Of a stretch of DNA of 51,777 nt, positions 36,966 to 49,346 are shown piece by piece. The position numbers were made by a program, and so were the translations under genes. The stretch is from Phyllosticta citribraziliensis (Eukaryota), in NCBI RefSeq assembly GCF_038025025.1, contig NW_027117342.1:2418001-2469777 (forward strand), given 5' to 3'. Each line of letters opens with the position of its first letter. Position 1 is the first letter of the stretch. Under the pieces are notes generated by a model, which made no database searches, had not been told where the DNA came from, and was given only the letters and a program-made list of their open reading frames with translations.

Positions 36966-39953
36966 CCGCCGGAAGAAAGATGGTGAGCGCCCTATTTGGG
37001 CGGCTGGATGCGTTGCTGTTTACTGCTTGTCTCGAGGCATTTGATGCATGGAAGTTGCATTTGCACGGGCTTTTGGAGGAGTGATTTCTGTTCTGTCTGA
37101 TGGGGTCTTTTTTTCTCCCCCTTGCTTTATTTTCTTGCGAGAGCTGGCTTTCTCATGCTCTCTTTTCTGGGTCCCATTCCCATTCCGTCTGGAGATTGTG
37201 GTTTTTGCGCTGGTCGACTGCTGGAGAAAGGGTGAGAAGGTTCTCAGTTCTTCTGGCGATGCTGGCGGCGAGGCCACTTCGAGCATCTCCCCATTCCACA
37301 GCTTCAGTCAATTCGAGACATCCCATTTCGATCGAAACGTCGCCATGTCTTGCCTTTGTCTGCCGCTTTGTTCTCACTTTGACGCGGCAGGGTTTGCTTG
37401 ACTGCGCCCTGCAGCTGCTCTGTCACATTATTTGTGTTTAACTCTCAACTCTTCTATTGTTGGCGTTTCTTGGTTTACTTCGCATCCATCTACGCTGGAT
37501 TTCTGTCCGCGCTACATTGTTGAACACTTTGCTGCATCTAAGATTTTTTTTGCGGCGGAAGCGGCGGTGTTGTGCACTCTTCTGCTCCCTTTTTTCTCCG
37601 CGTAGGTGGAGAAAGGGACATGGCATGATTCTAAGAAGCGCGACGTCTGGCTGGTGGAACGTGAGGGGATGGGTTCTGAGATTTCTATTGCCTGCTTCCT
37701 GTCTAACTGTTGCAATTTTCCGCCGTTCTTCTGGACTAAACTTTGCCTTTGCCAACTCAGCAACGCATCTCCGGCCGCATCGACAAAAGTCCAGACTCTC
37801 TGCTTCCGGTCCACGCAGCGAGCGCACTTTCCGCCGCCAGATCCCTACAGGTATGTCGGCTCAGATGCGCACTGCAGAAGTACGCGACACTGCACCTAAG
37901 TGTTTAAGGGAAGGTGATGTGGAAGTCAGTCACGATCGGCCGCGAATACGCCACAGAATACCCCACGGAGGCGGCGCGAGCCGTCTACCGCGTGTATGCA
38001 TGGAATCGCAGCAAGTTTACTATCTTAGTCTGCGTCGCTATCCACGGACACTACCAGTTGCGCGGCGTCGACGCTCTGCGCGCGGGTTGAGGTTGTGGGT
38101 GACGGGGGCCGCCGCGGGAAGACGTGGCAGTTGGAGGACGACGAGGGCTGCTTCAAGAGGCGGGAGAAGGTGGATGGCGGCGCACACATCCTCACCCCGT
38201 CTCTTGCCAGCGCGTCGGCAGGGCGGGCGATGGGACGTCGTTTTCGCCGCTCAGTGATAAGGGACTTGGTTTGCCGGCATGTCTTTGAGGTTGGCGTCTG
38301 TGTTGAAGGTGAGTCTGTTTTCTCTGAGTAGAGTACTTGCTGATGTTGTGGATGCGGTGGAGAGGGTTCAAGCGACGGGCTTGGTCCCTGTGCCTCGTGG
38401 GATTGCAGCCAGGTCCCGTTGCAGAGAGAGATCGAGGTCTCCGCCGCCATTTCGGAGAGTGTTGTGACGGAAGGAACGCAAAAAGGCTGGAGACGGTAGA
38501 GACGAGGCTTCATTTGGCGGAACGGAAAGGTTGGAGAAAGACTGCAGGGAAGGAGATCACGGGAATGATGATAGGGGCGAAGACAAGGAAATTTGACAGC
38601 AAGGAGAACATGGGAGAAGACGCAAGCGAAGTCCCGGAGCATCAACATCTTTTTCAGGGCCGCAGCACTCACAGAGAGCTCATCTCGTCACCACCAATCG
38701 TGAGGTCCTACGCGCGAGCCCTCGCGTCGCTGAGTTCCGGCGTCCGCATATTTGCGCTAGACTCGCCAGGTGAAGGCGTCATCGTTCTCTGCGAGCGGAA
38801 GCTAGATGGCGATGGAACTTTGTTGTTTTGGGGAAAAGAGAAACTTTTGGCTGTAGTCCGTGCGATTGAGGGCAAGCAGAGAGTCGTCGAGCCGTAGGAG
38901 ACACATTTTATGTGGAAACTGCTGACCAGCGACGGAGCCACGCAGTACTCCAATCTTCGGGAAAGAAGAAATCCTCGACAGGTCAACCCGTTGGCTCAGA
39001 ATGCGCGGTACCACCGCTGCCACGTCCGCGCCTTTGCGAGCAGCCAGCGTGCCGATTCCACGTCTTGATGCTTTGCAGTGCCAGTAGCCTCGAAGCGATG
39101 CTGAATGATCCAGACGTGTCGCAAGAGCGGAAGGAGGAAGTGAACGAGCGCTTGGATGGTCAAAGTGTGTAAAGGTTGGTTGTTTATGTCAAGGCGGGAG
39201 TCGAATGTAATTGGCTAACTGTAACACAAAGAGGTGTTGCGAAGTGTTGGAGTCTTCCGTTTGCACTCCATTGGTTGCTACAGATAGGTAACCTCTCGCT
39301 TATGGCGACATGACGTTATTGGTCGGTCGTTTGCTTCCAGCAGAGTCGTCCGCCGTCGCTTCTCAACACACTCCTGATCCTCAAATTCTATCGACAAATT
39401 TGGCTTGATCGATCGATACGTCAAGAGTCATGCGACAAGAGCAGCTTCCCCCCGGACTGGCCCCCTTGTTCGCCCCTTTCCACCCCTTATTCCCTACCCC
39501 TATCGATGGATTCACTCGGCGCTCCGACAGGACATTTGACGAAAAGCGGACATGCAACATCATCCTCAGCGACTCAAAAATGAAAATAGGAACCAGGGGT
39601 GCGGGTCGTTCCATGTGGCTTTTGGACCCTTGCCATCCGTCCTCTGCCGGCTGATTAACAAGGTTTGTCACGGAGCTTGAGCGTCTCGGTCTGCAACGGT
39701 CTGCTCCAGTAGCAAGTGGTGTTATCGGCTTTTATGAGTCGTCTGACTTATGCGCGCGAATTTAAGCAGTGCACTAATAGCGCAGTCTAAATACTTTTAT
39801 CTCCTATTAAGTCTCCTGCTCCCTCAGCGTCTAACACTTATTAATAAGCAGCGTTTAGTCTATAGACATCGATCCTTATAGGATTATAGTAGTACTAATA
39901 GTTTTAAATAATATATAGTAGAAAGATACTAACTTAATAAAGGTATAGGAAAT

Positions 39954-40910
39954 ATATACTATCCTAATAGTATAGACGTGTTAATTATCTCTACTACTAC
40001 TAGTAGAATATAGCAGGAATACTATACTATTAATTTATTACTATAACCTAGGATAGAAGAACCTAGGAGAAAGGAATACTATATAAAGGGACGTCCTAGT
40101 AATAGATTTAAAGTAGTTATAGTAGTGTATTAAGGATTTAAATTCTAAAGCGCTACTATAATATAGTAGGAAATTAAAATTAATAGCGACTAGGGGTTTT
40201 TAGTACTAAGATATATTATTAAGGGGCAGTTAAAGATAGCAGAACAGGGCCGATATATTATAGAGTTTAAGGAGGATATAAGGCCTTTATTTCTAGTTAA
40301 GGGCTTACTTAATATAAAACTAAGATTTAGAAAACTAGGTAAGTATATAATTAGAACCTTAAGTATATTAAATATACTAAAAGATCTTAATAGTTTCTAA
40401 AGAGAATAAGGGGTAGATTATAGACTTAGTACTTAAAGAATACTACTTTAATAAGATTTAGATTACTTACTAAAAGAAGTCCTACTTAAAACGACCTTAC
40501 TTTTACGCCTATATAGGTTATAGGCTACTAAGTTTAAAGCTAGGATCGCGGTTTTAGAGTAATATTAGTATAGGTCTCTATACTAAGTAGGTATAATTAT
40601 ATAAGTATTAATAGCTCCTAATAATAGAGAAAACAGACTAAAATATAAGATAGTAGACTATAATAAACCTTAGATATATAACTCTAATAATAACAGCGTG
40701 GACCATCCTATATAGTTTATATAATAGGGTTTTAAAAGAGATCCTAAAGGAGGCTCTAAGGGAGAAAATATTAGAGATCTATATATCTTTATTTTCTAGT
40801 ATAGGTTAAAAGGTAAAGTTAAATATAGATGTATAACACCTAGGGTTATAAGTAATATAATATAATATAACCTTAACTCTAATTATATAGAGTTACCCTA
40901 TATAATAGGC
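39954..40910 (+). pseudogene. RIP-destroyed paralog of the DUF7918-like gene
   Basis: Reads EYYIKGRPSNRFKVVIVVY*GFKF*SAT, KLRFRKL and IFIF*YRLK, matching YIKAITGEQFEV..HHGFRYYTAT, KLAFGEV and VFEFRYRSL. GTAAGT/GTAAAG donors lie at equivalent positions. Confidence 0.65.
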
Positions 40911-41039
40911 TTTACTAATTATATTATATAATTAAGTAGTTTAATTATATAGAATTACTTTTATTACTCTTACTATTAAAAATTACTACCTAGTAGAAAT
41001 AATTTAATTTCTCCTTTATAATCTAAATATACTAAAAAC

Positions 41040-41273
41040 TACTACCTACTACTCTTACTACTAAGAGTACCCCTTATTTAGGGCTATCTCTCTTATATAT
41101 ATATATAAAATACTAAGACCTAGTTTTTTATAACTTTTAGGGTATATATAGTAGTACTACCTAGTATATACTCTAAAAGTTATAAAAAACTAGGTCTTAG
41201 TATTTTATATATATATATAAGAGAGATAGCCCTAAATAAAGGGTACTCTTAGTAATAAGAGTAGTAAATAGTA
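41040..41273. repeat. Near-perfect palindrome, ~110-bp arms around a self-complementary centre GTAGTACTAC
   Basis: 41040-41150 is the reverse complement of ~41164-41273; mismatches are mostly transitions. Confidence 0.9.
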
Positions 41274-41477
41274 TTTTATAGGGGTAATTTAGTAGTATAT
41301 ATATATATAATATAAGTATATTTTTAGTACTAAGACTTAGTATACTAAGATTTTAACTTAATTACCTAGTAATAATTAGTAAAATAGTAGGAGACTATAA
41401 GGAGAGAGGTAAATTTAAGTATATAAAATATATAATAATAAAGAGACTAGTTCTAAATAACTACTCTAGTATAGATC
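41161..41477 (-). mobile_element. 3' end of the hAT transposon, left of the gypsy insertion
   Basis: The transposase frame continues across the AGATC TSD (..S*IYTRVVI*, de-RIPped SWI.AGVVI stop). The left boundary is inferred from the palindrome arm. Confidence 0.55.
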
Positions 41478-41945
41478 TATTACGACTTGCAGATTTCTTA
41501 TTATATAGATAAGGGCTAAAGGCAAACTACTAGAAAATATATATATATCTTAATTAAATCTAATAAGTTAAAAGAATAAAATATAAAAGATACTTACTAC
41601 CTATATATTTTCTAGTCCTTTCTTTATACTATTCTACCTCTTATCCTTTATATAAGGGTCCTTAGTCATTATTAGGTAAGTTATAAAGGTAAGGTGTTAA
41701 TAGGCTGTTATATAGTATCTACCTAGGGCTATAGTAGCTAGTGCCAGCCTATAGTAGCTAGTACCAGCCTATAGGTTTTAGCCTAAGCTATAATAGGCTA
41801 CTACCTAAGGTAAGGCTCGTGCTTCCTATAACTATATAATGCTAGGTTTATCCGTGCTAGCCCTAGTACTTGCCTATTATATAATGCTAGGTTTGTCTAT
41901 ACTAGCCCTAGTACTTATATAGGTATATATATGCCTATTATAACA
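41478..41945 (-). repeat. 3' LTR
   Basis: TATTACGACTTGCAG...GCCTATTATAACA; matches 49347-49814 apart from transitions. Confidence 0.92.
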
Positions 41946-42317
41946 TGCCCCCTCTAAAGAGAAGCTAAAATTATAGGAATTAGTAGCTATAGGTGCTTAT
42001 ATAGGTACAGACTTATAATATATAATAGTAGTAATTTAGTAATTTAAGCATTCTATATAGTTATAAAGTATAATTATTAGTCTAGGTCTATTACTATACT
42101 ATCTCTTTCTATTACTATCTCTTTTACCGCGCGACCTATAGAAGGTTACTATCTTACTTAGCTATATCTAAAGCTCCCTATTAAAGTACGTTGTTATCCT
42201 AGTCTAATTTAGCTATAATCTAGTAAACTAACTATTATATATAAAGGTTCTAATAATTTAAATAATTTATATCCTACTAATAGTAAAGTAGATATTCCTA
42301 GCTACTATATGCTTAAT

Positions 42318-43700
42318 ATGTCTGCTGCTTATTATAGTCTAGTCTATTAGGACTTATTACTATTATATAAGAGTTATAGTATTAAGTTATTATTATATAG
42401 TATTATTTATAATCCATTATAGTCGCCACTTACTTAGAGAGCTGTTTTAGCTAGTAGTATCTATAAGGGCTATTATATAGAGTTCTAAGGTAAGTAAACT
42501 TTAATTCTATCTCTTTAGACTATTACTAATTATTATCTAGGCTGTTAAGTAGTATTATATATCTAGGTTCTACTACTTTATCATCCCGTCTTACTAACCG
42601 ATATAATTATAGAGGAGGACACTTATATAAATACTTAGTTAGGCTAGGCTTTACTTATTTAGCTAGGAACTGCTATAGGCTTATTACTTTACCTATAGCA
42701 TGCTATAGTATTAGGTTCTACTTAATTAGTATTATTAGTTATTACGCGAGATTTGTTATCTATAGCTATATAGCCTACTACTAACCAGCCTATTACGCCG
42801 TATTGCCGCCAGTTTACTATTATACAGCCTGTTTTAGAGGAAGAAGGTAAAGAGCCTACTTATATATACTATTATTATAATTCTATAGCTTATTAGGTTC
42901 TAGTAGCTAAGTACTTACTACCTGCTACTTTATATAATAGTAGTAATAGTAAGATTCGCGTTATAGCATTACTAGTTAGTTCTAATAAGGCACCTATTAA
43001 GTAGGACTTTAAGTTAATACTTTATATCTCTTATAAGAATATAGAGAGTGTCGCGTAAGTAAGTTTATCTTACTAATATAAGGGATTCTTATCTAACTAA
43101 TTATATAGGCACACCTTAGTAGTTCTAAAGTATAAGAGCGCGCTAAACGCATCTTAGCCTTAGATAATAGTATGCCTTACTTATATATTATAGTTTCTAC
43201 TTAGTAATTTAACTACTTATTAGTTAAAACTTAAGCCAGCTTGCGCGATGCTTTTCTTATCTAGTATACTAGAATTAATAACCCTATTAGCTATACTAAG
43301 TGTTATAATAATACTAATACTTGCGCGTTTATTAGTTATTACTACCTACCTAGTTTCTTATAGGGCCGTTGCGCTAACTGCCTTTAAGGTATAGGCAACT
43401 TAGACTACACTATTAGTAACTTAAAAGGTGCCAAGCCGCCTGCTTATTATAAGAGGCGTAAAGATAAAATTTATATAGAGGAGTTCTAGAACTTATACTA
43501 CTAAGCTAGAGTAGAGGATTAAACTAATTAGGCTTTAGCTAAGTAGGACATCCTACTTAATAAGCTAAAGGATCTAAAGAAGACTATCTTATATAATAAT
43601 AGTTATAATAAGAAGAAGGGAAAAGGATAGAAGTAAAGGGTAGAAAGTAAAGAAGAGGGAAGTAAAAGATAAGTAGTAAAAAGAAGAGACTAGAGAGTAG
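42318..43700 (+). pseudogene. Antisense intron-containing accessory gene (DUF3716-like Cys motif) inside the retrotransposon, RIP-inactivated
   Basis: 43245-43410 reads DAFLI*YTR..YTKC..CAFISY..GRCANCL, de-RIPped A.L.Q..G..CxxC..F..C..G.CANC. Intron-like GTAAGT..CTAA..TAG at 42490-42540 and ~43055-43108. Ends approximate. Confidence 0.6.
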
Positions 43701-43779
43701 AAGTTAAGGTTAATAGTATTTATATAAGAGTAGATAGTAAACTAATTAGTCTACTTTCTATATCTTTATAATATTTACT

Positions 43780-46700
43780 ATAGGCCTAAGTAACTTGTTT
43801 TATTATTACTTTCTATTTTAATCTATAGTTCTTCTTAGAGGAAGGCAGTCTTCTATTTTTCTAGATTTTTTAGTAGTCCTACTATAGTAGGGTATAATAA
43901 GTGGAATTCTTTAATTTTCTATAGTATACTACTAAAAGAACTTATATTATACTACTAGTTATCTTAGTTATATCTAGTCTATTTAACTTAGTATTAAAGC
44001 TTCCTATATAAGACTTAACTAGCTTAAATATAGTCTACTTCCTACTTAGGCTCGTCTTAAATAATCTTAGGTTTAGGTTTAGTATATTCCTAACTAGGAA
44101 GCTGTTCTATTTTAGCCTTATATAGCCTATTAGTATAGAAAAGGTTGACTATCTTTATATATAAGAGAAGATTAAGGATATAGGAGGATCCTTCTATTCC
44201 TATAATCTTAAAAGGTCTAGTATTAGGAAAGTCTAATTTAAGGTTTAGCTAATTAGTAGACCATTCTATTTTCTTAATATAGATATAATCTCTAACTATA
44301 AAGTCTAGCGCGCGACGGTATTTATTAGCTTATTAGTATATATACTCTTAGGATTTAAGAATAAGATTCTTTATAAATTTAAAAGCTTCTTATCTTCTCT
44401 TTTATAGCGTTTATACTACTATATAAGCTATCTTTTCTAGTTACTAGGGGGTCTCTATTCTTTATTACTAGTTATAGTATATTTAAGAGGAATATCCTAA
44501 CTTAATCTTAAAAGGTAAAAGTCTAGTAGCTTTATAGGGAAGTATTACTTATATAAGGTCTATTAATAGTAGAAGATCAGACTAATTATTCTAAAAGTAA
44601 TTAATAAAAGGTCTTAATCTTTATATAAGATGCTAATTAATAATCTCTATAATACTATTAGTTTAAGAGTAGTAGGATGAGTTAAAATACTACTCTATAC
44701 TAGTTAGCTTATATAGTTTATTTATAAATACTAAGATAAACTAAGGGCCTTAGTTAGATAGGATAGACTTAGGGTTTCTATAAATATAGTAGATATATTT
44801 ATAAAAGAGTCTAGAGACTCCTTTAGTATTAATCTTCTTTATATAAGGCAAGCTAAAGGTTCTTTAACTTAACTAGTCTATAATAACTAGAATTACATTA
44901 TAGCCCTTTTAGTCTTTAGGCATCTCTTTAAAATCTATAGCTAAGTATTACTAGGGTTAAGTAGGAATCTCTAGGGGTTATAGAAGGCCTAGGTCTTTAT
45001 TATAAAACTCTTTTATTTAGCGGCAAATATAGCATCCTTACCTATAAATATTAATTATACGATTTATAGCTAGCTAGTAGTAATATTACTTAAGGAGTTT
45101 TTACATCTTTATAATACTAGGATAGGTAGTTATATAGGTAGTATATAAAGTATTAAGTGTTCTTATATAGAGGTTATTGCGATCTAGTATAAAGAGGGTG
45201 CTATATTATAGTAAAAGACTATCTTTTAGTTCCTAACTATTTCTTTATTTAAGGTCTTTTAAGAGGGCTTTCTATCTCTAGAGTTCTAATTTAGAATCTT
45301 CCTAGTTTATATAGAGGAGTTTATCTAAAAATAATACTAGAGGAGGAAGTCCTTATTCTAAAATAGAAAGAGGGATAATAGTCTCTAGTAGGATAAGGCA
45401 TATCTCTTATATAGCCCTTACTTTTTCTTTTTAAGTCTTTAGGTCTTCTTATTTTTAAGTAAGGTAATTAGTAATAATATTTTCCTTTCCTAGTTAATAG
45501 GAGAATTATATATAGAATTCTATAAAAAACTTAGACCATCTAGCTTGTTATTAATTAAGTTGTTATTTAGTAGAGTAGTACTCTAATACCTAATAGTCTA
45601 TAATTATAAGAAAAGGTTTTTTAAGGCTAATAAGTATTAGTCTTTATTCTTCTAGTCTATTCTTAATAGCTAGTAGTTCTTTATCTAAAATTCTATAATA
45701 AAGTTCTACATCTACTATTGCCTTAGAGTAGAAGGCTACTAGTTTCTAATTATATAAAGGTTATTAGAGCTGCATTAAAACGCCTATAGTAACTCTATTA
45801 CTTATATTAGTCTCTATATAAGTGTTAGGAGTAGGGTTATAATTAGCTAGAAGTGTATTACTATATATTAGCTTCTTAAGTTATTAAATTGCCTCTTCTT
45901 CTAGGGGTCCTAGTTATTACTATTTTGCCTTAGAGTATAGTTTCTCTAATAGCTAGCTAATTTATCTATAGTTAGGGAGAAATTATTAGTAGAAATTATA
46001 GAAACCTAGGAAGGATTAAAGAGCCTTAAGGGTTTTAGATATTAGCTAGTTATATATAGGTTCTACCTTATCTAGGTCTATTTAAATGCCTTCTATAGAA
46101 ACGATATATCTAAGGAACTTTATATAAATAACTAAAAACTTACTCTTCTTTAAATCTACCTATAGTCCTGCCTTTTATAGTCTTACTAGTACTTTTTTTA
46201 CTTGTTCCTCGTGCTCTATAGGGTTTTTAGAGATAATAAGCATGTTGTCTATAAAAGCTATAATAAAATCGTCTAAATACTTAAAGAGAACCTAGTTAAT
46301 AAAATATTAAAAGGCTACTAGTCTATTACTTAATCTAAAAGGTAAGATATAGTATTTAAATAACCTATATCTTATATAGAAAGTGGTTTTATCTTTAGAA
46401 TCCTTAGTAAGATAGATGTAGTAGAAAGCTTATTAAATATTAAGCTTAGTATAAATCTTGCCCTTTCTAATGCGCTAAAGCAACTCTATAATAAGAGGGA
46501 GGGGGTATAAATCCTTAGTAGTTTATTTATTAAGCTATTAGTAGTCTATATAAAATCTCTATCCCCTACTAGGCTTTTTTACTACTAGAATAGGAGAAGT
46601 ATAGGCGGTAAAGCTTTTAGTAATAAAGCCTTTCTAAATATTCTTAATAATATACTCTTTTATAGCCTTAAGCTGTTCTAGAGATATTCTATAGAGAGGG

Positions 46701-47560
46701 CTAGGTAGAAGCTCTAGTAGACTATTATATATAAGAGATATTTTATAATCAACTCCTACGTAATATAGTAGTAGCTTATTAGACTCTATTTTAGAAAACA
46801 CATCTTAAAATTCCTTATAAGTAGCTAGTAGCTTAGAAGCTAGTAATTCCTTAGTTTCCTTATCTTTAAGAGCTACTTAAACTTATATAAGGTTAATAGT
46901 ATAGATCTCTATTAGCGCAACTTGTATTTTATAGATAGAAAGCTTAAAAGCATCTTAAGTTTAAAATTTAATTCCCTTAATAACCTATACTAAGGGAAGA
47001 AGGCGTTTATTAAAGTTTTTATCTCTATAGTCTATATCTACTTAATATTCTTTCTACGGTTTATTACTTCGCACAGAGATTTTTAGTAGGTATAAAAGAT
47101 ACTAAAAGGATTAGTTAACTAGTAGCTATCTCTAGACTAGTTTACGTCGTTTATAGTCTAGAAGAACATCGTACTAGTTAAAAAACTATTATCTAAGAAT
47201 CATGTTATTACGGCTAATATCGCAAATAAAAGTATAAGTAGAAACTATTTAATCCTAGAAGTAGAGTTAAAGATAAAAGTAAAAATTAACTTTTTTATTT
47301 ATATATTAGTTAAACCTAGTAATATTAAGCCCTTTACCTATTATTCTCTTTTTTATAGCACCTATAGACTGGAGAGTTAGTAGTAGCTTAGGGTAAATAA
47401 AACTTATACTACTAGTACTAGTATTAGCTAGGGCACGAATTTCTAAGGCGCGGCTATTAGATATAATTAAGGTTTATATAGTAAAGGGTACACCTCTAAT
47501 AAAGTAACTAAGATTTATATAAGAACCCTTAATATATATTACTCTAAGTTTAGACCTATA
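43780..47560 (-). pseudogene. RIPped pol (protease, RT, RNase H, integrase, chromodomain)
   Basis: ALANTS (ALADTG) ~47420; LFKYYILPFRLSN ~46345; YLDDFIIAFIDNML ~46260; SYYS*TNSIIE (HPQTDG) ~44665; Y*VK*TRY..IKEFH ~43950. Confidence 0.85.
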
Positions 47561-47569
47561 GTAGGAGAC

Positions 47570-49150
47570 TTTACCTAGGTCTTATTATTTTCTAATAAAG
47601 ACTAATCTCCTTTATTTATATAGATATCTTTAGTGCTTTCTTCTTTAACTAACTCTATTACCTTCGTCTTAGGTTATAGGCATTATCTCTATAAATGGCT
47701 AAACTAGCTATAGTAATTACACGGTCTAATCTCTATATAGACTTCTACTTTACCTTTATAGGTTATATTATGCAAGGGAGCCCTAGATATAGATCGCGCC
47801 TAGGTATAACTAGAAGATAAAGTACTTATACTACTTAAGGTAGTTATCTTTACTTATTCTTATTATCTCTTCTTTACTCGTTCCTTATATAACGTGAGTA
47901 TTAGTTTTCTATAGTTAAAATAGTAGTTACTAAGACTTTAAGCAATAGGGTAGGCTTATTAGAGGTACTTATAAAAGTTAATATCCCTATCTTACTCTAT
48001 AGTAACTATATAGGTTTAAAGGAGAGGATCTATTATATTATAAAAGTCCTCTTTTTACTATTCCTAGGGAAGATCTACATCTAAGGCTAATTATATAAAG
48101 TTTAATTAAAACTTCTAAAGGTCTATAGGGATGTAGTATATAAGAGAGTATAACTACTTCTTTATATCCTTATATTTATATAGACTCTAGAAGAGGTTAT
48201 CTAGGAATTTAAAGATATCCTTATCTAGAGTGACTTTATTAGCCTTTATATAAGAAGTAAGGAAAGGAGTTAGGTAATATAAGACTTCTTTACTAATATA
48301 GGAAATAATATAACCTGTAATATTCTATTTAGTCTCTTCTACTATATCTTTAGTAAAGTAATTATAGTTTTATTTAATTTTATTTTATATAAGAAGGGTC
48401 TAGTATTTATATAAGGGGTCTTCTCTATTAGTAAGAAGAGGAGGATTAGGAACCTTACTACTTTAGTATTTCTTACTACTTAAAGATAAAGTAGAGGTTT
48501 TAGTAGTAGTTTCCCTTATATAGTTAGGAGGAGGTCTAAGAGTCCTTATAACTCTACTAGTAGAAGGATCTTAAGAGAGGGTAATAGGTCTTAGGTGCTA
48601 AGCTAATAAAGAGGGCCTAATATATCCTTCCCTTAGAACTTCCTTAAGTCTATTAGTATAGTTTAAGAGTATTTACTTAAGAGCCTAGTTCTACCTTTAT
48701 ATATAGTTTAGTTGCTGCTATACTTAAGACTTATTTAAGGATGTAATCTTAGATTTAAATTAATTAATATCTAAGTATAGTACCTTTATAAACGCCTCTA
48801 TAACTAGAGCTTAAATAGTATAAGTTAACCCTAGGTCTTAGGTATGTTCTTTTACTTCTACTGCTAGGACTAAGTAGAAATTATATAGGAGAATAGGGGT
48901 AGGTCCTCTCTTATTATTATTTAATAAGTATCTAGTATTGCGCAAATCTTTAGTCTCTTTATATAAATCTTGTTAAGTTGATTAACTAGTACTAATACCT
49001 TTAGTAGTACTAGACGCGTCGGCTTTATTCTTAGCTATACTGTCTTTATAGTCTTCTACTTAGAATGTTCCTTAAGTAGGTTATAGATAGGACGCCTCCT
49101 AAATATTTATATACTGCCCTATAGCCTTAACTAAAGACTTCTATAGTTAA
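47570..49150 (-). pseudogene. RIPped gag
   Basis: KVPNPPLLTNREDP (KVPDPPLLTDGEDP) ~48440; zinc knuckle CNYYS*FSHL*R*C (CX2CX4HX4C) ~47700. Boundaries approximate. Confidence 0.75.
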
Positions 49151-49346
49151 TACGTGCTTAATACTCCTTAGTCCTTAGATGATACTAATGCGCCTAATAA
49201 AGATAACTTAGGTTTACTAGGGAAAAGTAACAAGTAGTCTTATATAAGACTATAGCTATACACGACGTCGCTTAGGTTAAATATTATAATACCTTTATAG
49301 GTAAAGAAGTAGGATAGAGCTAAAACTTAGAATAATCTTTTATATC

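Noticed and set aside
1..39700. tRNA/rRNA genes or a secondary-metabolite cluster
   Set aside because: No cloverleaf or rRNA motif and no PKS/NRPS/terpene backbone recognised by eye; the genes are functionally unrelated.
41075..41240. TTAGGG/CCCTAA as an interstitial telomere
   Set aside because: Isolated hexamers only; no tandem array.
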